The notes under the pieces were generated by a model. The model had not been told where the DNA came from, did not search any database, and worked only from the letters and a program-made list of their open reading frames with translations. Below, in pieces: positions 8,725 to 17,633 of a DNA stretch of 32,000 nucleotides (positions are counted from its first letter, which is position 1; each line of letters begins with the position of its first letter). Origin of the DNA: Halogeometricum borinquense DSM 11551 (lineage in GTDB: Archaea; Halobacteriota; Halobacteria; Halobacteriales; Haloferacaceae); contig NC_014729.1 in the NCBI RefSeq assembly GCF_000172995.2, positions 2,460,001 through 2,492,000 on the forward strand, written 5' to 3'. The position numbers and the translations under genes were made by a program.

Positions 8725-9068
8725 GACAGAAAACCTGTGGGTAGAGCGACGAGTAAAAGGTTCGTTTAATTTTCCTGATGTTTACTTACCTATCAGACGA
8801 CTAATAAACGAGACAACGATTAGACGCTATTCGGCCAGACCCAAGTAATCAAAATTGATAACTATCCCATTATCTAGACTGGATTACTAACTATACATAT
8901 TTCTCTTCCGACCCAATCAGCGCGTAGAATCCATTCTGAGCCACTATTGTGCTGATTATCGATCTCGGCCGGGTCCAACTATTAGAATTCGCGGATTCTC
9001 AAATATTAAATACAGGAACCAAGCAACGAAGTTGCAATGTCGTGTGACGTGTTCGTCGGTGACGGACG
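8725..9068. promoter_or_regulatory. AT-rich divergent intergenic region between the S8 protease and the pilus-like operon
   Basis: About 340 bp that is visibly much more AT-rich than the rest of the window, for example aaaattgataactatcccattatctagactggattactaactatacatatttctc and caaatattaaatacagg. It contains several TATA-like elements and no convincing ORF. Confidence 0.5.
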
Positions 9069-11354
9069 ATGAGCGGCCGACCCGCGGCCGAGAGCGGTGG
9101 GACGGCGAGAACGAGCGCGGCCGAGGTGCCACCCCCGCTCCCACCGGACGACGGCGACGCGTGGTATGCCCCGGACGTTCGCGCACAGTACGAAGTTGTC
9201 CCCGGCGTCGTCGCCACCATCCGTGACGACGCCCACGGCGTCGGCTTCCGATACGAAGTTCACGAACCGGGGTTGGGCGCACGGGAGGAGGCGGCTCTCG
9301 CCCGCGTCCGAGACCATTTCTCCGTCGTGAACCGCCGTCGGCCGCTGACCCGCGAGGGGACCGCAGAACGCGCCGCTGGCGGTGTGCCACCGAAATACCG
9401 CCGCGTGTTCGACCGTCTCCTCGACGTGTCGCCAGCTGCTCAGCGACGCATCGAGTACTACGCGCTCTGCGAGTTGCGACTCCTCGGCGAGGTCACGCCG
9501 TTGGCGCTGGACGACCGCATCGACGTGGTTGACGTGGGGCGGGACGACGAAGACGGAACACTCGTCGTCCACACCGAGAACTACGCCCCCGCGACGACAG
9601 CCTATCGAACGGACGCCGAGTTCGCAGACCGAGTTGCTGGCGAGCGATTGCGCCACTACACGGTCCCGTTCTGCGGATTCGACGTGGACGTGGTTCTCCA
9701 TCGGGACCACCTCCTCGGCGACGACCGGTTCACCACGAAATACGCCGTACTCGAACCCGACCTCCTTCCGGGCGACGACGAACTCATCGCCGAGTGCAAA
9801 GAGCGCATCTGGGAAGCGAACGCCGGAGAGGTCGTCGAAGACCGACGCGAGTTCGTCCGTGAACGCGCCCGGCAGTTCCTCTCGCGCCGTTTGACGGCTA
9901 GAAACACCCGCGCGTGGCTCGAAGCCACCGAGTTCCGCGTGCGGACTGCTCTCGCCGAGTACGGGCTTGCGCTGCCGCCCGTAGACCGTCGGTTCGCCGA
10001 GGACCGTCTGGACGACCTCGTGTACTACGTCCTCCGCGACTACGTCGGCGAGGGTGTCCTCACCGTTCCCATCCGCGACCCAAATCTCGAAGACATCGAA
10101 GCCAACCGTGTCGGCGAACGCGTGAAGGTCATTCCGCGCGCCGGTATCGCCGACGATTCGACCGTCGGCGGCGGCCGCGTTCCCACGAACCTCGCGTTCG
10201 AAGACGAGACGAGTTTCGTCAACGTCGTCACCCAGTTGGCGGCCGCCGACGGCGTCGAGTTGAACGCGTCGCGTCCGTCGGCGAAGGTGAATCTCCGACC
10301 CGAAGGGATCGAGGAGACGATTCGGTGTGCCGTCGCTCTCCCGGTCATCTCCGAAGGCGGTCCGCACGTTTCCATCCGCAAGCAGTCTGCGGACCCGATG
10401 ACACCGGTAGACCTCGTCCACCTCGACGCCCTGCCGATCGAGTTGGTCGCCCTCCTGTGGATGCTGTACGAACACCACCGCGTCGTCCTCTTCTCCGGTC
10501 CGACGGGCGTCGGGAAGACGACGCTGATGAACGCGCACATGCCGTTCATTCCGTACGACCACCGCCCGGTGAGTATCGACGAAGGGTCCCGCGAGGTACG
10601 CCTCCCGCACGAAACGGGCATTTCACTGACGACGCGCGATCACGAATCCGAGTTCAAACGCGTCTCGATGGCCGACCTGATGACCGAGGCCAACTATCTG
10701 AATCCCGACGTCGAGGTGATCGCCGAGGTGAACACGCCCGCCTCGTTCGAGACGTTCGCCGAAGTCTTGAACACAGGGCACGGCGTCATCGGGACGACGC
10801 ACGCCGAAGACATCGAAACGCTGGTCAACCGCGTCGTCGAGCAGGGACTACCTACCTATCTGCTCCGCGAGTTGGATCTCGTGGTGTTCCCGCACCGCGT
10901 CGATGGCGAACGCTACGTCGGTGAAGTCGTCGAACTCGTTGACGAATCGGGCTACGACGCACTGCCCCCGACGGCACGGAAGGGAACGGTCGAAAAGGGC
11001 GGACAGACGCTCTACTGGAACACTGTGCTGTGGCGGGAGACCGACGGGTCGTTCTCGCTGGCGCACGACCACCCGCGACTCGGAGACGACCATCAGCGAC
11101 TCTCCCACCGCGTCTTCCACCGTATCGCCGCGGCCACGGACAGGGAAGTCGATGCAGTCGAAGCCGAGTTCCTCCGGAAGCGCGGCTACGTCGAGTATCT
11201 CGTCCGCGAAGACGTCTCCGAGTTCGACCGCGTGTTCGGGTTCCTCTCTGACCTCCGGACCGACGAGGCGGCGACGGTCGAACGCGTCCGGCGTCAGATG
11301 GCCGAATCAGCGGATGAGACGGAAGACGAAACGGAGGGCGAAACCGATGCGTGA
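9069..11354 (+). CDS. pilB: type II/IV secretion system ATPase, archaeal PilB/FlaI-like
   Basis: 761 aa. It has Walker A (FSGPTGVGKTTLMNA), a Walker B region (NPDVEVIAEVNT) and a His box (GHGVIGTTHAED). The long N-terminal domain is typical of haloarchaeal PilB paralogues. Confidence 0.9.
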   Translation: MSGRPAAESGGTARTSAAEVPPPLPPDDGDAWYAPDVRAQYEVVPGVVATIRDDAHGVGFRYEVHEPGLGAREEAALARVRDHFSVVNRRRPLTREGTAERAAGGVPPKYRRVFDRLLDVSPAAQRRIEYYALCELRLLGEVTPLALDDRIDVVDVGRDDEDGTLVVHTENYAPATTAYRTDAEFADRVAGERLRHYTVPFCGFDVDVVLHRDHLLGDDRFTTKYAVLEPDLLPGDDELIAECKERIWEANAGEVVEDRREFVRERARQFLSRRLTARNTRAWLEATEFRVRTALAEYGLALPPVDRRFAEDRLDDLVYYVLRDYVGEGVLTVPIRDPNLEDIEANRVGERVKVIPRAGIADDSTVGGGRVPTNLAFEDETSFVNVVTQLAAADGVELNASRPSAKVNLRPEGIEETIRCAVALPVISEGGPHVSIRKQSADPMTPVDLVHLDALPIELVALLWMLYEHHRVVLFSGPTGVGKTTLMNAHMPFIPYDHRPVSIDEGSREVRLPHETGISLTTRDHESEFKRVSMADLMTEANYLNPDVEVIAEVNTPASFETFAEVLNTGHGVIGTTHAEDIETLVNRVVEQGLPTYLLRELDLVVFPHRVDGERYVGEVVELVDESGYDALPPTARKGTVEKGGQTLYWNTVLWRETDGSFSLAHDHPRLGDDHQRLSHRVFHRIAAATDREVDAVEAEFLRKRGYVEYLVREDVSEFDRVFGFLSDLRTDEAATVERVRRQMAESADETEDETEGETDA

Positions 11355-11441
11355 GAGACGTTCAAGCGAGCGAACACGGCGTCACGCACCGACCCTACGC
11401 CGACGATCACGGCCGTTCGCCGTCGAACGTGAGGTGAAACA

Positions 11442-13352
11442 GTGACAGACACAGTCTCCCGGTCGGTAGCCGCGCGAGACGACTCTATTTCGGTTCTCGA
11501 CCGCGTCCTGTACGCGCTGTTTGCCCGCCACGCGGACGCCTCACGGCACGAACGGGACCGGCGAGCGTACCGCGGCACCGACCTCCGAATCGGGTTCGAT
11601 CTGTTTCTCGCACGGGTCTACGGTGCCTCGTGGGCCGCGATGCTGCTCGTTGCTGTCCCGATTCCGTTCCTGTTTCTCGCGCTTCCCACATCGACACTGG
11701 ACGGATGGGTCGCGTTCGCGGAGTCAGTCGTCCCGTTCGCCGGTCGCCTCCCGATTCCGCGCATTCCTCGACTCTTCCTCGGAATCGTCGCCGCTGCCGC
11801 GGTCGGTGGCGCGGTAAAACGGAGCGTCGTCGCCCTCGGCGGTCGGTATCTCGGCTGGATCGCCGCCGCGCGCCGGGCGAACATCGACCGGATGCTGCCG
11901 GGCGCCGTCCGCTATCTCCACGTTCTCGCCTCGGGGAGCGACGGCCGCCGAACGATGCTCCGGCGCGTCGCCGACACCGACGCGTACGGCGAGACGGCCG
12001 TCTCGCTTCGGAAGGCGCTCAACACCGCGGCGATGACCGGGAACATCAACGAAGGGCTCCGCCGCGTCGCCCGCGATACGCCCGCGGAGAACACGCTCGC
12101 ACCGTTCCTGTTGAAGTTCAGAGAACACGCCGACCAAGGCTCTGACGCCCTGCGAAACTACCTTCGGATGGAGAGTCGAATGCTCGGACACCAACAGGAC
12201 CGCGCGAGACGCCGTGCTGAGGGTTTTCTCGAACTTCTCGCGGAGATATTCATCGTCCTGCTCGTCCTGCCCGCCTTGCTGGTCATCATCCTGACCGTAA
12301 TGAGCGTCATCGCGCCCGGCCTGTCTACGACGGTCCCAACGCCCGTCGGAACGACGACGCTCCGCGGCGTCATCGTCTACGGAAGCGGTGCGTTCATCAT
12401 CGCTGTCGGTCTCGGCGCGGCATCGCTCGTGGCAACGATTCGTCCGCCAGACCAGACGGTGACGTACGCGCGCCCCGAGACGACGGTCGGGATGCTCGCC
12501 ACGGCGACGACCAACCCAGCGAGTGCGACGCTCGCGTTCGTGCCACTCGGTGTCGTTGCTTCGCTGGTCGCGGCGGCCGCGAAGTCGAATATCGTCGATG
12601 TCGTCCTCGCTGGCTACGTCGTCTATGCCATCCCCGTTGGCGTCGTCGCCGTCCGACGTGCCCGCCTTGACGGCGCGAAGGACCGCGAACTGAAAGATTT
12701 CGTTCACGCTATTTCCGGGCACGTCAGCCTCGGTCGCCCGTTTCCCGAAGCGGTCGAACACGTCGCTCGTGAGGTCGAGTTAGGTCCGCTTTCCGACGAC
12801 GTGGCGGATCTGGCGCTCAACCTCCGTCTCACGTCGCCGAACACGGGCACGGACGAGGACCTCCGAACCGCCGCGTTGGACCGGTTCGTCGAGCGCGTCG
12901 GGACGCCGATGGCCGAACAGACAATCGGACTCGTCATCGGCGCACTCGACGCCGGAAGCGACACCGGAACGGTGTTCGAGACGCTCCAATCCGAGGTTGG
13001 CCGCCTCTACCACGAGAAACGAGCGCTCCGCTCCGGGATGTTGGTCTACGTCGCTGTCGGATGGACCACCGCGCTGCTCGTCGTCGGAATCACGGTTGCC
13101 ACGGGCGCGCACGTCTTCGATGGATTCGCGCAGTTATCGTCGATGTCGGATCTCTCCGGCGTCGCCATCGATCCGCGCGCTGTGGACCTCGAACGCGACC
13201 GGTACCGAATCTACGTGACGACGCAGGCGACGATGCTCGCGTCAGGGTGGTTCGCCGGTGTCGCCAGTAGAGGCCGCTACGAGGCGCTACTCCACTCGGG
13301 TGCGCTGGTTGCCGTCTGCTACGTCGTCTTCGCGGGGGCCGGACTGATATGA
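11442..13352 (+). CDS. pilC: type II secretion system F-family polytopic membrane protein (PilC/TadC/FlaJ-like)
   Basis: 636 aa with a GTG start, preceded by the Shine-Dalgarno-like GAGGTGA 5 nt upstream. It shows two repeats of cytoplasmic helical domain plus TM bundle, and sits directly after the ATPase. Confidence 0.85.
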   Translation: MTDTVSRSVAARDDSISVLDRVLYALFARHADASRHERDRRAYRGTDLRIGFDLFLARVYGASWAAMLLVAVPIPFLFLALPTSTLDGWVAFAESVVPFAGRLPIPRIPRLFLGIVAAAAVGGAVKRSVVALGGRYLGWIAAARRANIDRMLPGAVRYLHVLASGSDGRRTMLRRVADTDAYGETAVSLRKALNTAAMTGNINEGLRRVARDTPAENTLAPFLLKFREHADQGSDALRNYLRMESRMLGHQQDRARRRAEGFLELLAEIFIVLLVLPALLVIILTVMSVIAPGLSTTVPTPVGTTTLRGVIVYGSGAFIIAVGLGAASLVATIRPPDQTVTYARPETTVGMLATATTNPASATLAFVPLGVVASLVAAAAKSNIVDVVLAGYVVYAIPVGVVAVRRARLDGAKDRELKDFVHAISGHVSLGRPFPEAVEHVAREVELGPLSDDVADLALNLRLTSPNTGTDEDLRTAALDRFVERVGTPMAEQTIGLVIGALDAGSDTGTVFETLQSEVGRLYHEKRALRSGMLVYVAVGWTTALLVVGITVATGAHVFDGFAQLSSMSDLSGVAIDPRAVDLERDRYRIYVTTQATMLASGWFAGVASRGRYEALLHSGALVAVCYVVFAGAGLI

Positions 13353-14101
13353 GCCGGAACCAGCACAGCGCGACCGGAACTCGACGTGACCGCGCCCAAT
13401 CCGCTATCGTCGGTGTGGCTCTCCTGCTCGGCCTCACCGTCGTCGGCATCGGCATCCTGACCGCCGCCGCGGGGACGGTCGTCCAAGAGGGTGCATCGAC
13501 CGCCGCGACAACCCGCGTCGCTGGTGGACTGGACGACGCACTCGACACCGGCACGGCGGCGGAGACGGAGGCAACTATCCGTCTTTCAGGTGGGACGATG
13601 CGCGTCACGAACCGAACTGTCCGCGTCCTGAACGACTCCGGCGTCGCGTGGTCCGGGCACACTGGAGCGATTGTGTACGAATCCGGCAACAAGCCCGTCT
13701 CAGCCGTCGCGGGGGCTGTCGCGGTCGGTAACGGAGACCGTAGCCGACTGGACGCACCGCCGAGTATTGCGCCCGCGAACGGGACGCTGTACGTCGGCGT
13801 TCCAGTCCTGAACGCCTCCGGAACCGACGCCGTCTCCGCCCGCGAGACGACAGTTCCGGTGACGCTTCGGACCACGCCGACGCACGAGCGACGACTCCTC
13901 TCTGCAAACCGCTACCGTGTGGCCGTCGAAACGGCGGCACCCGGTGCGTGGGAACGCCACTTCCGCGACCAAGGGGCGACCACTTCGCGGCGTGATTTCG
14001 ACGCCGATGGAACGCCGAGCGTCGTCGCCGACTTCCCGGGACGGCGAACACTCCACCTCGTCGTTCACGACCTGCGACTCCGGATGGAGGTGGGCGCGTG
14101 A
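13349..14101 (+). CDS. pilin-like protein with class III (prepilin) signal peptide
   Basis: 250 aa, with an ATGA overlap with pilC. The N-terminus MSRNQHSATGTRRDRAQSAIVGVALLLGLTVVGIGILTAAAG has a basic n-region, a DRA|QS cleavage-type motif and a hydrophobic helix. Confidence 0.75.
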   Translation: MSRNQHSATGTRRDRAQSAIVGVALLLGLTVVGIGILTAAAGTVVQEGASTAATTRVAGGLDDALDTGTAAETEATIRLSGGTMRVTNRTVRVLNDSGVAWSGHTGAIVYESGNKPVSAVAGAVAVGNGDRSRLDAPPSIAPANGTLYVGVPVLNASGTDAVSARETTVPVTLRTTPTHERRLLSANRYRVAVETAAPGAWERHFRDQGATTSRRDFDADGTPSVVADFPGRRTLHLVVHDLRLRMEVGA

Positions 14102-14661
14102 GCGTTCGACGGAGATGGTGCGGTCAGCGCGACGGACGCACCCCAAAAGGCCGCACGGATCGCGCGCTCTCTCCGGTCGTCGGGAAAGCGCTCGAACTCG
14201 GCATCGTCGTGCTGTTTATCGCCCTCGTAACGACGACGTTCTACGGCGACGTGATCCCCGGCTACCGAACGACGGCCGCCGCCGAGGTGGCCGAGCGCAC
14301 AGTCGTCGATGCCGCAGCGTCAGTCGAGGATGCGGTGCCCGAGCGAACGCATCGCATCGACCGCCGCGTCGCCGTCTCGCTTCCGGCGACAATTCGCGGC
14401 GACCCGTATCGTCTCCGTGCGACTTCGCCGGCAAACGAGAGTACGACTGCGTTAGTTCTCGAACATCCAGACGAAGGCGTCGGTGGGCGAGTAACGCTCT
14501 CGTTCCCGGTGCGCGAGGTGGCGGTGTCGGGGACGTGGCAAAGTACGAGCGAATCGTGGGCCGTCGTCAGCAACGATGGGGGTCGTATCGTGGTGACACT
14601 GGAGAACGGACGGAACGCCGCTTCTGGCGTCGTGAATGCCGTCGCGGGAGGTGCGCCGTGA
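14098..14661 (+). CDS. pilin-like protein with class III signal peptide
   Basis: 187 aa, with a GTGA overlap with the previous gene. The N-terminus reads ...GRTDRALSPVVGKALELGIVVLFIALVTTTFYG. Confidence 0.75.
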   Translation: MSVRRRWCGQRDGRTPKGRTDRALSPVVGKALELGIVVLFIALVTTTFYGDVIPGYRTTAAAEVAERTVVDAAASVEDAVPERTHRIDRRVAVSLPATIRGDPYRLRATSPANESTTALVLEHPDEGVGGRVTLSFPVREVAVSGTWQSTSESWAVVSNDGGRIVVTLENGRNAASGVVNAVAGGAP

Positions 14662-15332
14662 CGACCGAACGCGGGCAGGCAAACCTCATCGGACTCGCCG
14701 CCGCGCTCGTCCTCCTCGCCACGGTAACGACGGGAAGCGTCGCCCTCGCCTCCATCGCACTCGCAGACGCTGACACCGACTCCGAGACGCGGCACGCCGC
14801 CGAAACGCTTGCAGACCGATTGGTCGCCGCCGACGCCGACCACACGAGACGGGCGAACGCAGTCAGCGAAAACGCGATTCGTGCGCTGAACACGACGGCG
14901 GTAGACCGACTCGCGCCCTCGGTACGCAACCGTTCGATTCGCATCCGATTGGGTGACGAAGTTCTTGTCGAACGCGGCGACCCCGAGAAAACGACGGTTC
15001 GTCGTCTCGTCCGAGTCGAACAGTACGAACGCCGAACGACGACGGTTGATCTCGTGACGCAGCGGAGCGTGTCGCTTCCGGACCGAACCGAGACGGTCGA
15101 ACTCGACATCTCGACCGACGGGACGACGACGCTCACGACGGTCCGCGCGAACGACCGCATCGTGCTTCGGGACCGGAGCGGTCTCTCCGGCACCTACGAG
15201 TTCAAGGTGGCGCGCGTCAATCCGCCGCAACTCGAGTTTACGACGGAAGACGGCGTGGACGGAACCGTCACCGTGACGTGGACGGAAACAACCGCGACGG
15301 TCGAACCGCTGGAGGTGACCGTCGGTGCATAG
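14658..15332 (+). CDS. pilin-like protein with class III signal peptide
   Basis: This is the C-terminal third of the 13917-15332 track ORF. GTG at 14658 overlaps the preceding stop (GTGA) and gives VTTERGQANLIGLAAALVLLATVTTGSVALA. The upstream part of the long ORF is an out-of-frame overlap of the two preceding genes. Confidence 0.7.
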   Translation: MTTERGQANLIGLAAALVLLATVTTGSVALASIALADADTDSETRHAAETLADRLVAADADHTRRANAVSENAIRALNTTAVDRLAPSVRNRSIRIRLGDEVLVERGDPEKTTVRRLVRVEQYERRTTTVDLVTQRSVSLPDRTETVELDISTDGTTTLTTVRANDRIVLRDRSGLSGTYEFKVARVNPPQLEFTTEDGVDGTVTVTWTETTATVEPLEVTVGA

Positions 15333-15732
15333 CGACCGGGCACAACTCGCCACGCCGTTGATCGAAGTGACGGTCGGAATCTTCCTCATTCTCGCCGTCG
15401 CGCTCGGATTCGCGCTCCTTCCCGTCGAGACCGAGGAGACTGCGACGCTCGACCGAACGGCGTCGGACGCGCTCTCGGTTCTCGCCGCCGAACCGCCGGA
15501 GGGAACGGGACCGAACCGGATTGCCGCTGCCTGTCGGTCGGAATCGGCGTTCGAGACCGAAGCGGACGAACTGGATAGCCGACTGCGTGCGATACTCCCC
15601 GACCCGCTCTCGTACCGATTGGCGACGCCGCAGGGTCACGTCGGACAACCTCGCCCGTCCGGCATCCCAGCGGGAACAGCATCGTTCACTACTGACGGCT
15701 GTACGGTGACGCTTTGGGTGTGGTACGTATGA
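15325..15732 (+). CDS. pilin-like protein with class III signal peptide
   Basis: 135 aa with a GTG start that overlaps the previous gene by 8 nt. The N-terminus reads MHSDRAQLATPLIEVTVGIFLILAVALGFALL. Confidence 0.7.
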   Translation: MHSDRAQLATPLIEVTVGIFLILAVALGFALLPVETEETATLDRTASDALSVLAAEPPEGTGPNRIAAACRSESAFETEADELDSRLRAILPDPLSYRLATPQGHVGQPRPSGIPAGTASFTTDGCTVTLWVWYV

Positions 15733-16244
15733 CCCGCGACAGGGGGCAGGTGGTCCTCCTCGCGGCCGTCGTCGTCGCCGTCGCGCTCGTTCCGATGGCC
15801 CTCGCGTACGCGCAACTGGGATACGACACCGGGGGCGACGAACCCGCCGCTGGACCCGGAATCGACGGCGCGAGACGGGCGCTTTCGTCAGCATTCACCG
15901 GCGCGGCCGTTCAGACGGATGGCGCATACCACTGGAGCAACCGGGAGGCGGCGGTTTCGACGGTGCGAGACGACATGGCCGACGACGTGACTCGCGTCGA
16001 GAACGCAGCGGCCGCCACAGACCGCTCGCTCGTCGTCTCGTACAACGATTCGGAGGCGACGGGATGGGCAGTACGGAACTGCCCTGATGGGCGCGGGCGG
16101 GAGTTCGGTCCGTGCGAAGTCGAAGACGGTATCGTGATTCAACAGCGTGCCAACGAAACCGCAGTCGTCGCCGCGGCGCTCGACCTCGACATCGTCGCAC
16201 CCGACGAGCGAACGAACGCGACGGTGGTCGTGCGGGCGGTGTGA
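15729..16244 (+). CDS. pilin-like protein with class III signal peptide
   Basis: ATG at 15729 overlaps the preceding stop (ATGA) and gives MTRDRGQVVLLAAVVVAVALVPMALAYA. The track start at 15714 is less likely. Confidence 0.7.
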   Translation: MTRDRGQVVLLAAVVVAVALVPMALAYAQLGYDTGGDEPAAGPGIDGARRALSSAFTGAAVQTDGAYHWSNREAAVSTVRDDMADDVTRVENAAAATDRSLVVSYNDSEATGWAVRNCPDGRGREFGPCEVEDGIVIQQRANETAVVAAALDLDIVAPDERTNATVVVRAV

Positions 16245-16380
16245 CGACGAGTGTCCCACACCAGGACCCACGATGGTGTAACTTGCCATCCAGTCGGGGA
16301 CGACAGAGACAACGTACAATCTCGGCAACGGGACAAGTATACCGATAGAAAACAGGCCGCCACGAGTGCTGGGAGCCGCC

Positions 16381-17502
16381 TCACCAGTTCGACCGCCCCC
16401 ACCCGATGAGGTTCGAGAGCGACCCGCCTCCGGCAGAGACGTTGTGCTTTGCAATCTTCCACGGGAAGTGATACTCTTCTTCGCCGCCGGAGTGGGTCCC
16501 GACGACGTACGGCGAACCGGACCACCATCCGAACACCGGTCCGCCGGAGCCACCGCCGCTTGAGTCTGCTCGGTACTCCAACTCGACGCCCGCGCCGTCG
16601 TTGTCGTCGTCGATGATCGGATACCATGTCACTCTGCTCGGTCGCTGACCGCTCGCAACCGCGCCCGGATATCCGACTTTGGTCCAGTAGTCGCCGTCCT
16701 CCCAGCTATCGTGGTAGGTCTTGTACCCGAAGTATCCGAACGTATCACCGAGCGGCGTGTAGAGCTTCAAAACGGCCATATCATCGCCTTGGCTGTGATT
16801 CTCGTAGCCGCGGTACGCTTGGACGTACGAATTGACTGACCCGCCGAGCCGTGATGAACCGTCCCAGTACGCGGGGACGAACCGCATCATCCACGGATCC
16901 GAATCCCACGGAACAACGTGGCTTGCGGTGAGGACGACGTTCCGACCGACGAGAGCCCCGGTTCCCGACCACGCGGGTCCGCCGGACGGATCGGTCCAGG
17001 CGTATATCTTCCCGGTACATCGCCACGGGTAGCCGTCCGGAACGAACACTTGGCGGTCGTCCGAACCGAGGACGTAGTGTGGGGTGACCGACTCCCCGTC
17101 TCGACGCCTGAGCGGCTCATGTGACCGTGGGGTCCCGATTTTCGGGTGGTATCTTATCCCGTCGTCGTCCGGGAGATACGGATCGAATTCGTGTTCGAAC
17201 CCCGCCTTACGGTTGGGTGGATCCACGGCCTCACCCGCTTGACCGACCCGTCCGACCGCCATGTCCTCGTCGAGATCAACACGGGCTACGTTCTCGAACT
17301 CCGTCTCTCGGATAGACAGTTCTTCGACTCTCTCGGTGGCAAACTCCGACCGCTGCTGCTCTGTGAGCGAACTCAGATACAGTGTCGGCTCCCGCAGCGT
17401 AGCGAGCGCTTCGGGGTCGATCTGCTCTGGTTCGTTGTCTAACTCGACGAACTCGTCCGCGAGCATCGGTCGGTCCGATTCGGGTATGTTATTTGCCATC
17501 AT
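16381..17502 (-). CDS. trypsin-like serine protease (peptidase S1 family) with a long acidic N-terminal region and no signal peptide
   Basis: 373 aa. The triad contexts are VVLTASHVV (His), GDDMAVLKL (Asp) and SSGGGSGGPVF (Ser, GDSGGP-like). The first ~150 aa are acidic and contain no hydrophobic or RR signal. Confidence 0.85.
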   Translation of the reverse strand: MMANNIPESDRPMLADEFVELDNEPEQIDPEALATLREPTLYLSSLTEQQRSEFATERVEELSIRETEFENVARVDLDEDMAVGRVGQAGEAVDPPNRKAGFEHEFDPYLPDDDGIRYHPKIGTPRSHEPLRRRDGESVTPHYVLGSDDRQVFVPDGYPWRCTGKIYAWTDPSGGPAWSGTGALVGRNVVLTASHVVPWDSDPWMMRFVPAYWDGSSRLGGSVNSYVQAYRGYENHSQGDDMAVLKLYTPLGDTFGYFGYKTYHDSWEDGDYWTKVGYPGAVASGQRPSRVTWYPIIDDDNDGAGVELEYRADSSGGGSGGPVFGWWSGSPYVVGTHSGGEEEYHFPWKIAKHNVSAGGGSLSNLIGWGRSNW

Positions 17503-17633
17503 TGATCACACATAGTGAGAAGATATGAAATGGAATAAACATGATGGGCGCGCCGCACATTCCGGATTTTCCGTCTGACCGCTGTTTACATATCAACCCG
17601 CTGTTTTTCGCGCCTTGCTAGTGACATACCAAC

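Noticed and set aside
9006-10610. 534-aa minus-strand ORF antisense to the PilB-like ATPase
   Set aside because: This is the same GC-rich antisense artefact. The plus-strand frame carries Walker A, Walker B and His box motifs.
11724-12761. 345-aa minus-strand ORF antisense to the PilC-like gene, plus many Arg-rich plus-strand ORFs in shifted frames
   Set aside because: Arg/Asp/Gly-rich low-information translations. The PilC frame has coherent TM helices and a Shine-Dalgarno-like site.
13917-14657. N-terminal two-thirds of the 471-aa track ORF 13917-15332
   Set aside because: The translation is Arg-rich nonsense and overlaps two well-formed pilin-like genes out of frame. The real gene starts at GTG 14658, where a prepilin-type N-terminus appears.
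14262-15389. 375-aa minus-strand ORF across the pilin-like genes
   Set aside because: Antisense artefact. The plus-strand genes have class III signal peptides and coupled start/stop overlaps.
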